From the NCBI GenBank assembly GCA_963753975.1, contig CAVWEH010000001.1, positions 1-64,000 of the forward strand: DNA of 64,000 nucleotides. Direction: 5' to 3'. The position numbers and the translations under genes were made by a program. The notes below the pieces were generated by a model that was not told the origin of the DNA, ran no database searches, and was given only the letters and a program-made list of their open reading frames with translations. The stretch is from an uncultured delta proteobacterium. GTDB lineage: Bacteria; Desulfobacterota; Syntrophia; Syntrophales; Smithellaceae. Each line of letters opens with the position of its first letter. Within the stretch, counting starts at the first letter, position 1. This document shows positions 1 to 9,058 of the stretch, in pieces.

Positions 1-81
1 TCTGGAAGGCCCCCTCACGTCGGGGTATCTCGTGCAGTCAACACAGACGAGCGCGAGACGCTCAACGAAAGGAGGCCTTGG

Positions 82-1100
82 ATGGCATTATGGAGCGGAA
101 TCGACCTGCACAGCAACAACAGTCACGCTGACGGTGATCGACGAGGAGCGCCGGCCGGTGTACAAGCGCAAGCTGCCCAACGATCTGCCCACGATCACCC
201 GCGCGCTGGAGCCCTTTCGCGCCGAGCTCACGCAGCGTGGTGGTGGAGTCGACCTACAACTGGTACTGGCTGGTCGACGGCCTGATGGAGGCCGGCTACC
301 GCGTGCAGCTGGCCAACCCGTCGGCGATTCGGCCGTACAGCGGGCTCAAGCACACGGACGACGCGGACGATGCGACGGTGGTTGGCGGAGCTGGCGCAGT
401 TGGGGATTTTGCGCGAGGGGTACATCTATCCCAAAGCGGATCGCCCGGTGCGGGATCTCCTGCGCAAGCGCGGGCAGTTGGTGCAGCAGCGCACGAGAAT
501 CTGCTCAGCATTCAGACGCAGATCCAGCGCAGCACGGCGAAGCGGCTGACAGCAGATGCTGTCAAGCAACTAGACGTAGATACATTACAAACACTGGTCA
601 AGAATGCTGATGTCGGCCTCGCGATCACGAGCAATCTGCGCGTGCTGCAGTGTCTGAGCGAGCAGATCGAGGTGCTCGAGCGCACGGTGGTGGAGCGGGT
701 CAAGCTGCGCGAGGAGTTCCGGCTGCTGCAGACGATCCCGGGCGTGGGCCGCATCCTGGCCCTGACCAACATGTTGGAGGTGGGCGACATCCACCGCTTT
801 CCCACGGTGGGCGACTTCGCCTCGTACTGTCGCTGCGTGGACAGCGCGCGGCTGAGCAATGGGAAGAAGAAAGGAGCCGGGAATGTGAAGAACGGCAACC
901 CGTACCTGTGCTGGGCGTGGGTCGAGGCAGCGAACTTTGCCCTGCGGTGCCGGGCGCCGATCGAGCGCTTCTACCAACGCAAGCTGGCGGCCGGCCACCG
1001 GGTTCTGGCGATTAAGGCGACGGCGCACAAGCTGTGTCGAGCGGGGTACTACGTGATGCGCGATCACGTGCCGTTCGATCTGGCGAAAGCGTTTTCGTGA
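82..1100 (+). pseudogene. IS110-family DEDD transposase/recombinase, split by about 4 frameshifts (real or sequencing error)
   Basis: RBS GGAGG before ATG 82. Motifs spread across frames: GIDLHSNN (D), VVESTYNWYWL (E), KHTDDADDA (DD), LLQTIPGVG, DFASYCRCVDSARLSNGKKKG, KNGNPYLCWAWVEAA. Frame changes near 125, 235, 380 and 497. Confidence 0.9.
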
Positions 1101-1106
1101 GCCGAT

Positions 1107-1275
1107 CGGCACGGGGTGGATCCCTGGCATAGCCCTGGTTGACAACCATGAACCCTGAATGGGAGCACCCCGTGCCGGTACCCGCCTCTGCGGGCGCAGA
1201 CGCCCTGGTCGTGAGCCAGCCTAGCCCTGGCCTCACCGCACGAATGCAAGCCGCCACTCTCCCCGGGTGGGGAGT
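1107..1275 (+). ncRNA. Candidate bridge/seek RNA of the IS110/IS1111 element
   Basis: 12-bp stem CGGCACGGGGTG (1107-1118)/CACCCCGTGCCG (1166-1177) encloses TCCC/GGGA, a large internal loop and an apical TGGTT-GAC-AACCA hairpin. Further hairpins at 1181-1194, 1211-1236 and ~1259-1274. Confidence 0.6.
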
Positions 1276-1341
1276 CGTCGCCTCGCGACACACCAACGGC
1301 CATCGCTTGTTCGCGCAGGAGGGAAGCCACAAAGGTTGACA

Positions 1342-2013
1342 GTATTTTGCAGGCGATTTTAGCCAATAAAAGCCAATTTCACGTATGCCACACCCACGCT
1401 GGATTTATTGGGCGGCAGCAATCAAGCGCCCAACGGGACGTACCAAGCTGCTGATCCTGTGACCAGCGGGGCCGAGGCAAAATACGCTTTGGTCAATGGC
1501 AACGGATAGATACGCACCCGGCCCTGAGTGGGTCGTGCAAACAGCATAGGAGATGACAATATGCCTTATTTAATCGCAACAGATAAACCCTTACTTTGGG
1601 CAGCACAAATATAGGCGCTAATATTATTGCCTCTGACATTGCTGAAAATCGGCGGGAAAATGGGCATACCACCCGCCATGACTGGGTATCACGGAACGGA
1701 TGAGAATACATTTTTGGGGATGGTAGCAGCAAAGGCTGGGACATATAAACCGCTTCCTGCGACGGGGACACAGGTCTATGCCGGTGAGATTTACGGCTAT
1801 AACGGCGGACTGGTTATTGTCAGACAATCACATATCCGCACCTGGGAGGGCGGCCGAGAATGTGCCTGCATTATTCAGCGTTTACCGCAGTGGCGGAGGC
1901 GTTTTGATTTGGGTCGCCAACGAGTCGGTAATTGTACCGCTAGAGGCCCCGGTGATCACAGCTACTTTGCCAGAAAGTCTTCCCATTATTTTTTCCTCCC
2001 CATAAATTTATAA
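1342..2013 (+). pseudogene. Decayed fragment of a phage-tail/surface-type protein with a CBM5/12-like motif
   Basis: GEIYGYNGGLVIVRQSHIRT (ORF 1627) continues after a frameshift as ENVPALFSVYRSGGGVLIWVANESV (ORF 1778). Stops and frameshifts upstream. Confidence 0.35.
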
Positions 2014-2078
2014 TTTTTTCGGCAGCGTATAGCATATCTTTTTTTTTGTCACAAGTAATATGCGGAAAAAGATGCTGT

Positions 2079-2735
2079 TCATAAGGCATACTGCAAGACA
2101 ATTATTTCCGGCTCCTGGGGAAGGGTCTCCTTTTTAATCACGAAGCTGGCTTCTTTGAGAACGTGAACATTGGCTTGATTTTTCGTGAAATCTTCCACCG
2201 GTGTAATAGGGAAGTTGCACTTCTGTGTTTTGTAATGCATGGGCACAGTGACATGGGGTTTAATATCATTCATAATCTTTTGCGCCATGGCGGCATCGAT
2301 CGTAAAAAATCCGCCGACAGGCAATAATAATATATCAATTTCACCTATTTTTTTGAGCAGTTCCGGGTCGAGAGCGTGCCCAATGTCGCCCATATGAACT
2401 AAACTCAAACCGTCGACTGTAATTACAAATATCAAATTACTGCCTCCCTTTTTTCCGCCTAAAGAATCATGAAAACAGGGTATGGCTTTAATTTTAACAT
2501 CTTTGATTTCATGGTCGCCAGCCTTGCTGATATGTTTATATTTCCCTTTTATGTCTTTTATATAATTATGATCCGCATGATCGTGGCTTGTTAACACAAT
2601 ATCGGCTTCATCTTCGATTTTCCCATAGGACAAAGCGCCGCTAAACGATCCCGATTCATAGGGATCGATAATAATTCTTATCCCTTTTTCGGTAATTATC
2701 TGAAATGCCGCATGTCCGTACCATTTTATCTTCAT
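2079..2735 (-). CDS. MBL-fold metallo-hydrolase (UlaG-like)
   Basis: IKWYGHA, IIIDPY, TSHDHADH, HMGDIGH and PMHY motifs. Confidence 0.9.
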   Translation of the reverse strand: MKIKWYGHAAFQIITEKGIRIIIDPYESGSFSGALSYGKIEDEADIVLTSHDHADHNYIKDIKGKYKHISKAGDHEIKDVKIKAIPCFHDSLGGKKGGSNLIFVITVDGLSLVHMGDIGHALDPELLKKIGEIDILLLPVGGFFTIDAAMAQKIMNDIKPHVTVPMHYKTQKCNFPITPVEDFTKNQANVHVLKEASFVIKKETLPQEPEIIVLQYAL

Positions 2736-2978
2736 AATATGCTGCCCTCCGATTTTTTAGTACAAAAGATTGCCTAAATTTATTTATCTTTTTTATTTTT
2801 AATTGTTCTCCCTAAAGATGTCAAGATTTGATAAAGGAAGTTTTTAAATTATAAACGAAGAAATGAATTATTCAATTATTATTTTCCGCCCTAGAAATGG
2901 CTATTGGTAAAGGAGCTTGTTTCTTAAGGACGAAAGTGCTAATCTCTGCAAAAGGTAAATGCTTAAGGATATTTGTTA

Positions 2979-3953
2979 ATGGTTGAAGAAGTGAGGGACC
3001 GGCTTTATCGCATCGAAGTGCCCCTGCCCAACAGTCCGCTGAAAGAACTAAACTCATATATAATCAAGGCCGATAATCGGAATCTGATAATCGACACAGG
3101 ATTTAACCGCAGTGTTTGTTTTGAAGCCATGCAGAAAGGGCTTTTCGCTCTCGACATTGATCTTTCCCAAACCGATTTTATGATAACCCACATGCATGCC
3201 GACCACACGGGACTGATTTCGCGGTTGGCGACGAAGACCAGCACAGTTTATTTCAGTAGAATTGACGCCCGGGTCTTCGATAAGGACAACAACTGGCAGG
3301 CTCTGATAGATTACGCGGTAATTAACGGCTTCCCTGCCGACGAACTGATGAAGGCTTTACACAATCACCCCGGCTACAAGTACAGCCCTAAGACGATTCC
3401 CGACTTTTACCTGGTTGACGACGGGAACATTATTGAGATGGGTGACTATCGTCTCCGGTGCATATCAACGCCGGGACATACCGAGGGGCACATCTGTCTT
3501 TACGATGAAGATAAACGTATCCTGTTTTCCGGTGACCATATTCTTTACGATATAACCCCTCATATCGAATCATGGGCGTATCAGATAAACTCCCTTAAAA
3601 ACTATATAGAAAGTCTCGATAAGGTCTACAACCTGCCGGTTAACATCGTTCTTCCCGGACACCGCAATTTCTTTACCGATCTTACGGGAAGGATAGACGA
3701 ATTAAAAAAACATCATCAGCTTCGCGCCGACGAAGTCCTTGATGTTTTGGGATCAAAGACCAAAAACGCCTATGAAATTGCCGCGGGAATGACTTGGGAT
3801 ATCGATTGCAAAAGCTGGGCGGATTTTCCCATCGCCCAGAAGTGGTTTGCCACCGGTGAGGCCATCGCCCATCTGCGCTACCTCGAGAGCGAAGGACGGA
3901 TCAAAAGAAACACCGAAAGCGAGATCGTAACCTTTTCCGCCTCCGGCAACTAA
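2979..3953 (+). CDS. MBL-fold metallo-hydrolase with C-terminal winged-helix-like region
   Basis: THMHADHTG, TPGHTEGH, SGDHIL, PGHR and GEAIAHLRYL motifs. Confidence 0.9.
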   Translation: MVEEVRDRLYRIEVPLPNSPLKELNSYIIKADNRNLIIDTGFNRSVCFEAMQKGLFALDIDLSQTDFMITHMHADHTGLISRLATKTSTVYFSRIDARVFDKDNNWQALIDYAVINGFPADELMKALHNHPGYKYSPKTIPDFYLVDDGNIIEMGDYRLRCISTPGHTEGHICLYDEDKRILFSGDHILYDITPHIESWAYQINSLKNYIESLDKVYNLPVNIVLPGHRNFFTDLTGRIDELKKHHQLRADEVLDVLGSKTKNAYEIAAGMTWDIDCKSWADFPIAQKWFATGEAIAHLRYLESEGRIKRNTESEIVTFSASGN

Positions 3954-3973
3954 GACTGGCACTGACAAAAAAC

Positions 3974-4810
3974 TCAAGCGAGAATATCATCCATATTAGT
4001 ATTGCTATCTTCTCTCACAACTCTATTGGTAAGAATACCGATCTTTTCAATCTCTACACTCACCAGGTCACCGGCATGGAGAAAAAGAGGTGGTTGTCTG
4101 GTGAACCCTACACCATCCGGTGTCCCTGTTAAAATAACCGTTCCCGGAACAAGCGTCATCGAAAAGCTCAGGTTGCTGACGATATTGGCGACGTTAAAAA
4201 TCATCTCTGACGTCTTTGATTCCTGAACCGTTTGACCGTTGATGATACAGCGAATACCGAGATTGTTAGGATCATCGATATCTTCTTTTGTCACGATCCA
4301 TGGCCCCAGAGGGCAGAAAGTATCAAAGCTTTTCCCTCTCGCCCACTGTCCCTTCTGCTTATCAAACTGCCAATCCCTCGCACTGACATCGTTCGCACAC
4401 GTGTAGCCCATAACATAGTCCATGGCCTTATCCGGCAGGACGTTTTTCGCCTTCTTCCCCATCACAGCAGCAAGCTCCGCTTCGTAATCCACATAATCGG
4501 GACCGGCGGCAGGCAGAATAATCGGACCATCTTGCCCGACAATACTGGTGGTCGCCTTCAAAAACAATATAGGTTGATCCGGATAAGACATCGTTGTCTC
4601 ATCACCGTGTTTCTTATAATTGATGCCCAATGCAAGAATGTTTACCGGAGTAATCGGCGGGAGCAGCTTTCTAATCTCTGCTTTCTTGGAGGTAATTTTG
4701 TAGTCTCCAAAAATATCCCCTTCAATAATCTTTGCTAAATCAGGCTGCTTCGGATTATAGACTCCGTACAAAACTTTTTTCGCTCCGGAAATAAAACGAA
4801 TTATTTTCAT
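3974..4810 (-). CDS. Fumarylacetoacetate hydrolase family protein
   Basis: VDYEAELA, GYTCANDVSARDWQ, RGKSFDTFCPLGP and TGTPDGVG motifs. Confidence 0.93.
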   Translation of the reverse strand: MKIIRFISGAKKVLYGVYNPKQPDLAKIIEGDIFGDYKITSKKAEIRKLLPPITPVNILALGINYKKHGDETTMSYPDQPILFLKATTSIVGQDGPIILPAAGPDYVDYEAELAAVMGKKAKNVLPDKAMDYVMGYTCANDVSARDWQFDKQKGQWARGKSFDTFCPLGPWIVTKEDIDDPNNLGIRCIINGQTVQESKTSEMIFNVANIVSNLSFSMTLVPGTVILTGTPDGVGFTRQPPLFLHAGDLVSVEIEKIGILTNRVVREDSNTNMDDILA

Positions 4811-5210
4811 ACCGTACCTTTATTTTTTTCCAGCATCTTATTTTTTCGGAGAACTATATTTTTCAGCTGCCAGATCGAATTGTTTTTGTAATTTGATATT
4901 ATTCATTATCTCCACATATCATATTACCAATAAATGCTATATTCGGTCAATGATGGTTTATATGGTTCCGGATAATATAAGTTGCAAAAACCTGTATTGG
5001 CGTCCGCCGCCGGCGGCAAAAGACGCCGTAATGGCGAAAAGCCTATAAAGAAGTACCGCTGCACTGTGTTAAATTTCATGGCAAAAGATAAAAAATCTGC
5101 ATGGGGCACTATTGCCAGGCTCAAATATCAGCTAAAATTTAAATTTGACTTGATTCTTCGTTATGTTACAAGTATAATATTATTATACACCGAATGTTAT
5201 GGGGTAGCTA

Positions 5211-5603
5211 ATGAGACTTTCAAAAATACTAAGAAGGTTATTTAGGCCTCGGCTGCATCCCCGCTTTTATACTGATAAAAGGGTATTCGTTGTAGTTGAA
5301 CCCTATACCTCCGAAGAAAGAAAAGTGCAGATGCTGGATATTAGTGAGGGCGGTTGCGCTTTTATTTACGACGGTTCCAAGGAAGAACTGGAAAAAATAG
5401 GCCTTCTCAGCCTTCAGTTCAAAGATATTCCCTATCTTGAACGTATAGATTTCGTTACCAAATCGGACAATCTTCTTTCCGATTCCAATGATAAAGAAAA
5501 ACAACTCCGCAGAAGAAGCGTTGAGTTTAAATGGCTGGGTGTTTTCGACCGGAAAAAGCTCAAGGAGTTTATCAAAAAGAATGTCATTGGCCGTGCCTCA
5601 TAA
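5211..5603 (+). CDS. PilZ-domain (c-di-GMP-binding) protein
   Basis: RxxxR (RLHPR) and DxSxxG (DISEGG) motifs. Confidence 0.8.
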   Translation: MRLSKILRRLFRPRLHPRFYTDKRVFVVVEPYTSEERKVQMLDISEGGCAFIYDGSKEELEKIGLLSLQFKDIPYLERIDFVTKSDNLLSDSNDKEKQLRRRSVEFKWLGVFDRKKLKEFIKKNVIGRAS

Positions 5604-5825
5604 TCTTTTCCAATTTGTTTTCCGGGCGATTTTGGGCGTGGATTATTTTATCACTTTTCTGAACAGCAGCAGTTAAGTTACGATGCTGCTACGCTAAGGT
5701 GATCTTATGAATCCGGTAGTTCTTGTATTTGAAAAAAGACAAAGGTGCCAAGTCTTGAATCATCATTTATACGTTCCGAACTTTGTTCTTGACATAACTT
5801 CTTTCTTCAGAAATTCCCGACATTG

Positions 5826-6506
5826 TTAAATTAAGTCCTGACCTAAATATTTTTTGTAGACGGCGTCTATCCTCTTTATAATGTCTTCTACTTTCGTTCT
5901 GAAATCCGCCGTATTGAAATTAATTATTTGATCATCATTTTGAACAAAACCGACATAGTGCCGTTCAATGCCTTCCTCGACCAGAACGAAAGGGCGCTGA
6001 CCGAAAGCCAGTGCCGCGCCCTTTTCTTCGATAAGCCAGCTATTAGTCGTAAAGTTGCCGCCCTGTAGTTCATGCTGCTTGGTGAGTATTGCTATGAAGA
6101 AGCCGCAGTTTTTTATTTTTGCGAGAATATCCGCGGAAATTTTCCCCAGATCATTTTTTTTGCCTTCGGCCCAAAGATATTTATGCCTTTCAATAGTCTT
6201 TTTCAGTATTATAACAAGATCATCGTCGGCAAATTTATGCGCTAAAAAAATATGCTGGTTCTTCGCATAATTCGATTCAACGCCGGAAACTTTTACCCCT
6301 TCCTTGCTGCCCATTGTCGCCTTTTCTCTTTCTGTTATCGTGTCTAACAAAAGAGCGTAATACGGCTGAGTACTGTCGGAGCTTAAATGAATTTTAGCCA
6401 ACCTTACATCATCTAAAGGTATGGCATTGACTTCGGATAAATCCCCCGTCTTTAATGCCTTGGCAAATTTATTCATTATTGTCAGGTATTTTTCAGGAAT
6501 AGACAT
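5826..6506 (-). CDS. TIR-like domain protein with an unassigned ~75-aa N-terminal domain
   Basis: IFLAHKF beta-A strand, ILAKIKNCGFFIAILT, and NSWLIEEKGAA carrying the candidate catalytic Glu. RBS AGGAG upstream. Confidence 0.7.
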   Translation of the reverse strand: MSIPEKYLTIMNKFAKALKTGDLSEVNAIPLDDVRLAKIHLSSDSTQPYYALLLDTITEREKATMGSKEGVKVSGVESNYAKNQHIFLAHKFADDDLVIILKKTIERHKYLWAEGKKNDLGKISADILAKIKNCGFFIAILTKQHELQGGNFTTNSWLIEEKGAALAFGQRPFVLVEEGIERHYVGFVQNDDQIINFNTADFRTKVEDIIKRIDAVYKKYLGQDLI

Positions 6507-6557
6507 TGTAAAGAATCTCCTCTGATGATCGGTTCAAACGTTCTTTAATTAATGGGC

Positions 6558-6586
6558 ATTTTACCATTGCGATCATCAATCCGCAA
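6558..6586 (-). promoter_or_regulatory. Putative sigma70 promoter of the TIR gene
   Basis: Minus strand reads TTGCGG-17 nt-TAAAAT with an extended -10 TG. Confidence 0.45.
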
Positions 6587-6678
6587 TAACCCTGATAACG
6601 GATAAAAACGCACTTTAGTCCGGTAAACACCGCAGGCAATATTTTCAGCAATCTCTTATCTTCGCCGGCGCCTATTTT

Positions 6679-7593
6679 CTATTTAAAGTTACCGGTATCG
6701 ACCCATTCGTTTTTGAGCAGTGACCACCAATCAATGGCCAACCCTTTCAACACATATTCATAAGGAAGCCAACCGTAACCTCCGCTTCCCCATTTTGCGC
6801 CCCAGGAGTTTCTGATAAGCAGCGCTCCGGTTGTTTCCGCGGCTCCGGGATTAGTATTTTTAATCCTCATTTTGTCATCGTAACCGGCGGCAACAATGGC
6901 ATGGCCGCCGACAATTTTTTCGCCCGCTGTAGGATACGGAATTTTGCCGGATGCCGCCGCTTGAGCGTAAGAACTATAAACGGTAAAGCCGAACATTGCG
7001 GGAAGGCCGGCAGCCAAATTGGTTTTTACCCGATTTAACAAATCATTCTTATTGGTCCCGGGGGGATCCAGCCTGTAGTAATCTATGGCCTGATAGTTCT
7101 GGCCGAAAGCGTAACAGAAAGCTGTCGGTTCTTTATCGAAATCCGCAATTGTGTACGGCCAGTATTCTTCGTGCGGAATGCCAAAAAGTACCAAAGCACT
7201 CATTGTTGATCTCAGAAACGCGCCGGTATCACCTTTGGCGTGCATCATATTTCTGCTAGTCTTATAGAGAAAAAGTCTGGAGGCATCGATGTGCTTTCCA
7301 AAAGCCCGCTTCTCGAAATATTCGACAATACCGACGCCGGCATTGGCCGTGCAGGATCCAAGTGAACCCTGATCCTCAACTGGAGAAAACCATGATTTCA
7401 AATCTACGGAAACAGGCAGACTGGCTCGGGCAATTTTAGCAACGCCTACTTTTGTCAACATTACTTTAATGGAATCTTTTTGACCCAGCGCTTTTGATCT
7501 GGCCGGAATTTCCTCATGCTCTGTTGTGTGGTCCCGAAAATCCGGATAGTCCGGCAACCATCCCATTCCAACTTTATCTCCGATTTCACTCAT
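6679..7593 (-). CDS. Papain-like C1 family cysteine peptidase, no signal peptide
   Basis: DQGSLGSC (Gln, Cys), GGHA (His) and RNSWG (Asn). Strong RBS GGAGGAGG before ATG 7593. Confidence 0.93.
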   Translation of the reverse strand: MSEIGDKVGMGWLPDYPDFRDHTTEHEEIPARSKALGQKDSIKVMLTKVGVAKIARASLPVSVDLKSWFSPVEDQGSLGSCTANAGVGIVEYFEKRAFGKHIDASRLFLYKTSRNMMHAKGDTGAFLRSTMSALVLFGIPHEEYWPYTIADFDKEPTAFCYAFGQNYQAIDYYRLDPPGTNKNDLLNRVKTNLAAGLPAMFGFTVYSSYAQAAASGKIPYPTAGEKIVGGHAIVAAGYDDKMRIKNTNPGAAETTGALLIRNSWGAKWGSGGYGWLPYEYVLKGLAIDWWSLLKNEWVDTGNFK

Positions 7594-8060
7594 AATGTTC
7601 CTCCTCCTTCTTTCCACTGCATTTTGTAGGTTACTCTATATCTGTGTTATCCGCCTTTGCGGGCAAGATGTTATGCTTTCCCCCGATAACTTCTTTTCAG
7701 TATCTTTTCCGTAGAGCTTCAATACGTTAAGCCAGGATTGGGAAATGTGTTAATTTTTGCTATCAAAAGGAATGGGGGGAGAATAAGGAGCAGCTACTCG
7801 ATCGGACTTTTAATAAATGAATCCTGGACATAAACAACCTTCGGTTAGTTAGTATAAATGCTTAACAAACTTACAGACCGTCCGGTAACAGATCGTTAGC
7901 ATAACCGGATAATTTGTCAAGGAAATTGTTCACTGCCAACCTCAATTTTTCAGATGTTATTAGTTAAATTTTCTTGGCTTACAAGCCCGCTCTTCAATAT
8001 AGTCGGCATACAAAAAATCATTTCCCGTCCCTTTTGCAAGGAAGAAGCAGGGTGAACACA

Positions 8061-8875
8061 ATGAATCAGACAAGCAAATTGGATGTTGCCAAAGGTATTG
8101 AACTTTTCGTGTTGAAAAATCTTGTGCAAAGCCCGAAAGCGGCAGTGATTATTGTCCATGGACTGTGCGAACATGCCGGGCGCTATAACTATGTGGCCTC
8201 GCGGCTTAACGATTCCGGCTGCTCAGTCTATCGCTTCGATAACCGCGGTCACGGTCGATCCGGAGGGGAGAGGGGATATATCGCCGACTACCAAATCTTC
8301 ATTGATGATGCGCAGAAAATCGTGGGCATAGCCGAAGAGGAAAATCCGGGAATACCTTTATTTATGTTGGGACACAGCATGGGTGGATTCATTACCGCCT
8401 CTTACGGCGTGAAATATCCGGATAAGCTTGCGGGTCAAATACTCTCCGGAGCGGCGGTTACTGTTCAGCCTATTTTTAAGATATGGCATCTTTTGATTAT
8501 AACGCGACGCCGCTTGCGCCCATCGCCAATACGCTCAGCGATATCATTTGCCGCGACCCACGAGTTGTAAGCGCTTACAAAGAAGATCCTCTCGTGCTCA
8601 AAGAGTTCACGACCAAACTCATGGGCGAGGTATTGATCAGGGGAGCAAAACATCTAATGGATAATACTGGTACCTATAAATATCCTTGTTTGATTCTTCA
8701 CGGCGGAGGAGATCAGATCGTCACTCCCGCTTCGTCCAAGTACTTCTATGATCACATTTCATCGCGAGATAAACAGCTCAAAATCTATAAAGGACTCTAC
8801 CATGAAATTCTCAATGAGCCGGAAAAAGACACCGTCATCGAACATATCCGTCTCTGGATCGAAGCCCGGATATGA
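8061..8875 (+). CDS. Alpha/beta hydrolase (lysophospholipase/monoglyceride lipase), frameshifted near 8478
   Basis: VHGLCEH, DNRGHGRS and GHSMGG in the first frame; HGGGDQIV and GLYHEILNE in the second. One missing A in TTTAAGAT restores the frame. Confidence 0.88.
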
Positions 8876-8892
8876 TTGGGAATAGGCGAGTT

Positions 8893-8931
8893 TTAATTTT
8901 CTTGACACATAAGTGCTTTCTTCAATATAGT
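8893..8931 (+). promoter_or_regulatory. Putative sigma70 promoter of the kinase gene; near-identical copy at 35207-35238
   Basis: TTGACA (8902-8907) and TATAGT (8926-8931). 29 of 32 nt match 35207-35238. Confidence 0.55.
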
Positions 8932-9058
8932 TAACCCACTATAATAATTTCTTGTATAAAATCCATTTCCCCACAGGAACAGGCTCTTTCGGAGTTACAG
9001 GATTTTTTCATAAAAGTGTCAAAGCGGGGCTATATTTAATTCTCCCAGGCAAGAGAAG

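Larger units (their letters stand above)
1..1341 (+). mobile_element. IS110/IS1111-family insertion sequence (ends approximate; left end may lie outside the window)
   Basis: Markedly GC-rich segment relative to the rest of the window. Contains an IS110-type transposase and a ~240-nt structured 3' non-coding region ending in TTGACA (1336-1341), where base composition drops. Confidence 0.8.

Noticed and set aside
1125..1134. IS loop sequence TGGCATAGCC is identical to the sigma54 promoter at 12886-12895
   Set aside because: A 10-nt match is plausible by chance in 64 kb on two strands, and the other loop strand does not match the adjacent promoter sequence.
1139..1339. 66-aa ORF in the IS 3' end, and the many antisense ORFs in the track (e.g. 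10319-11101, 28994-29806, 39370-40131, 50766-51419)
   Set aside because: They overlap structured non-coding sequence or well-supported genes and have no motifs; they are shadow ORFs.
4995..5040. GC-rich palindrome GGCGTC-CGCCGCCGGCGG-GACGCC and the overlapping 87-aa ORF
   Set aside because: Single copy, no recognisable RNA family, and the ORF lacks an RBS and motifs.
5780..5830. Possible attC after the TIR gene (TTTAAC...GTTATGT on the minus strand)
   Set aside because: No internal palindrome or L boxes, and no matching core at the gene's 5' end.
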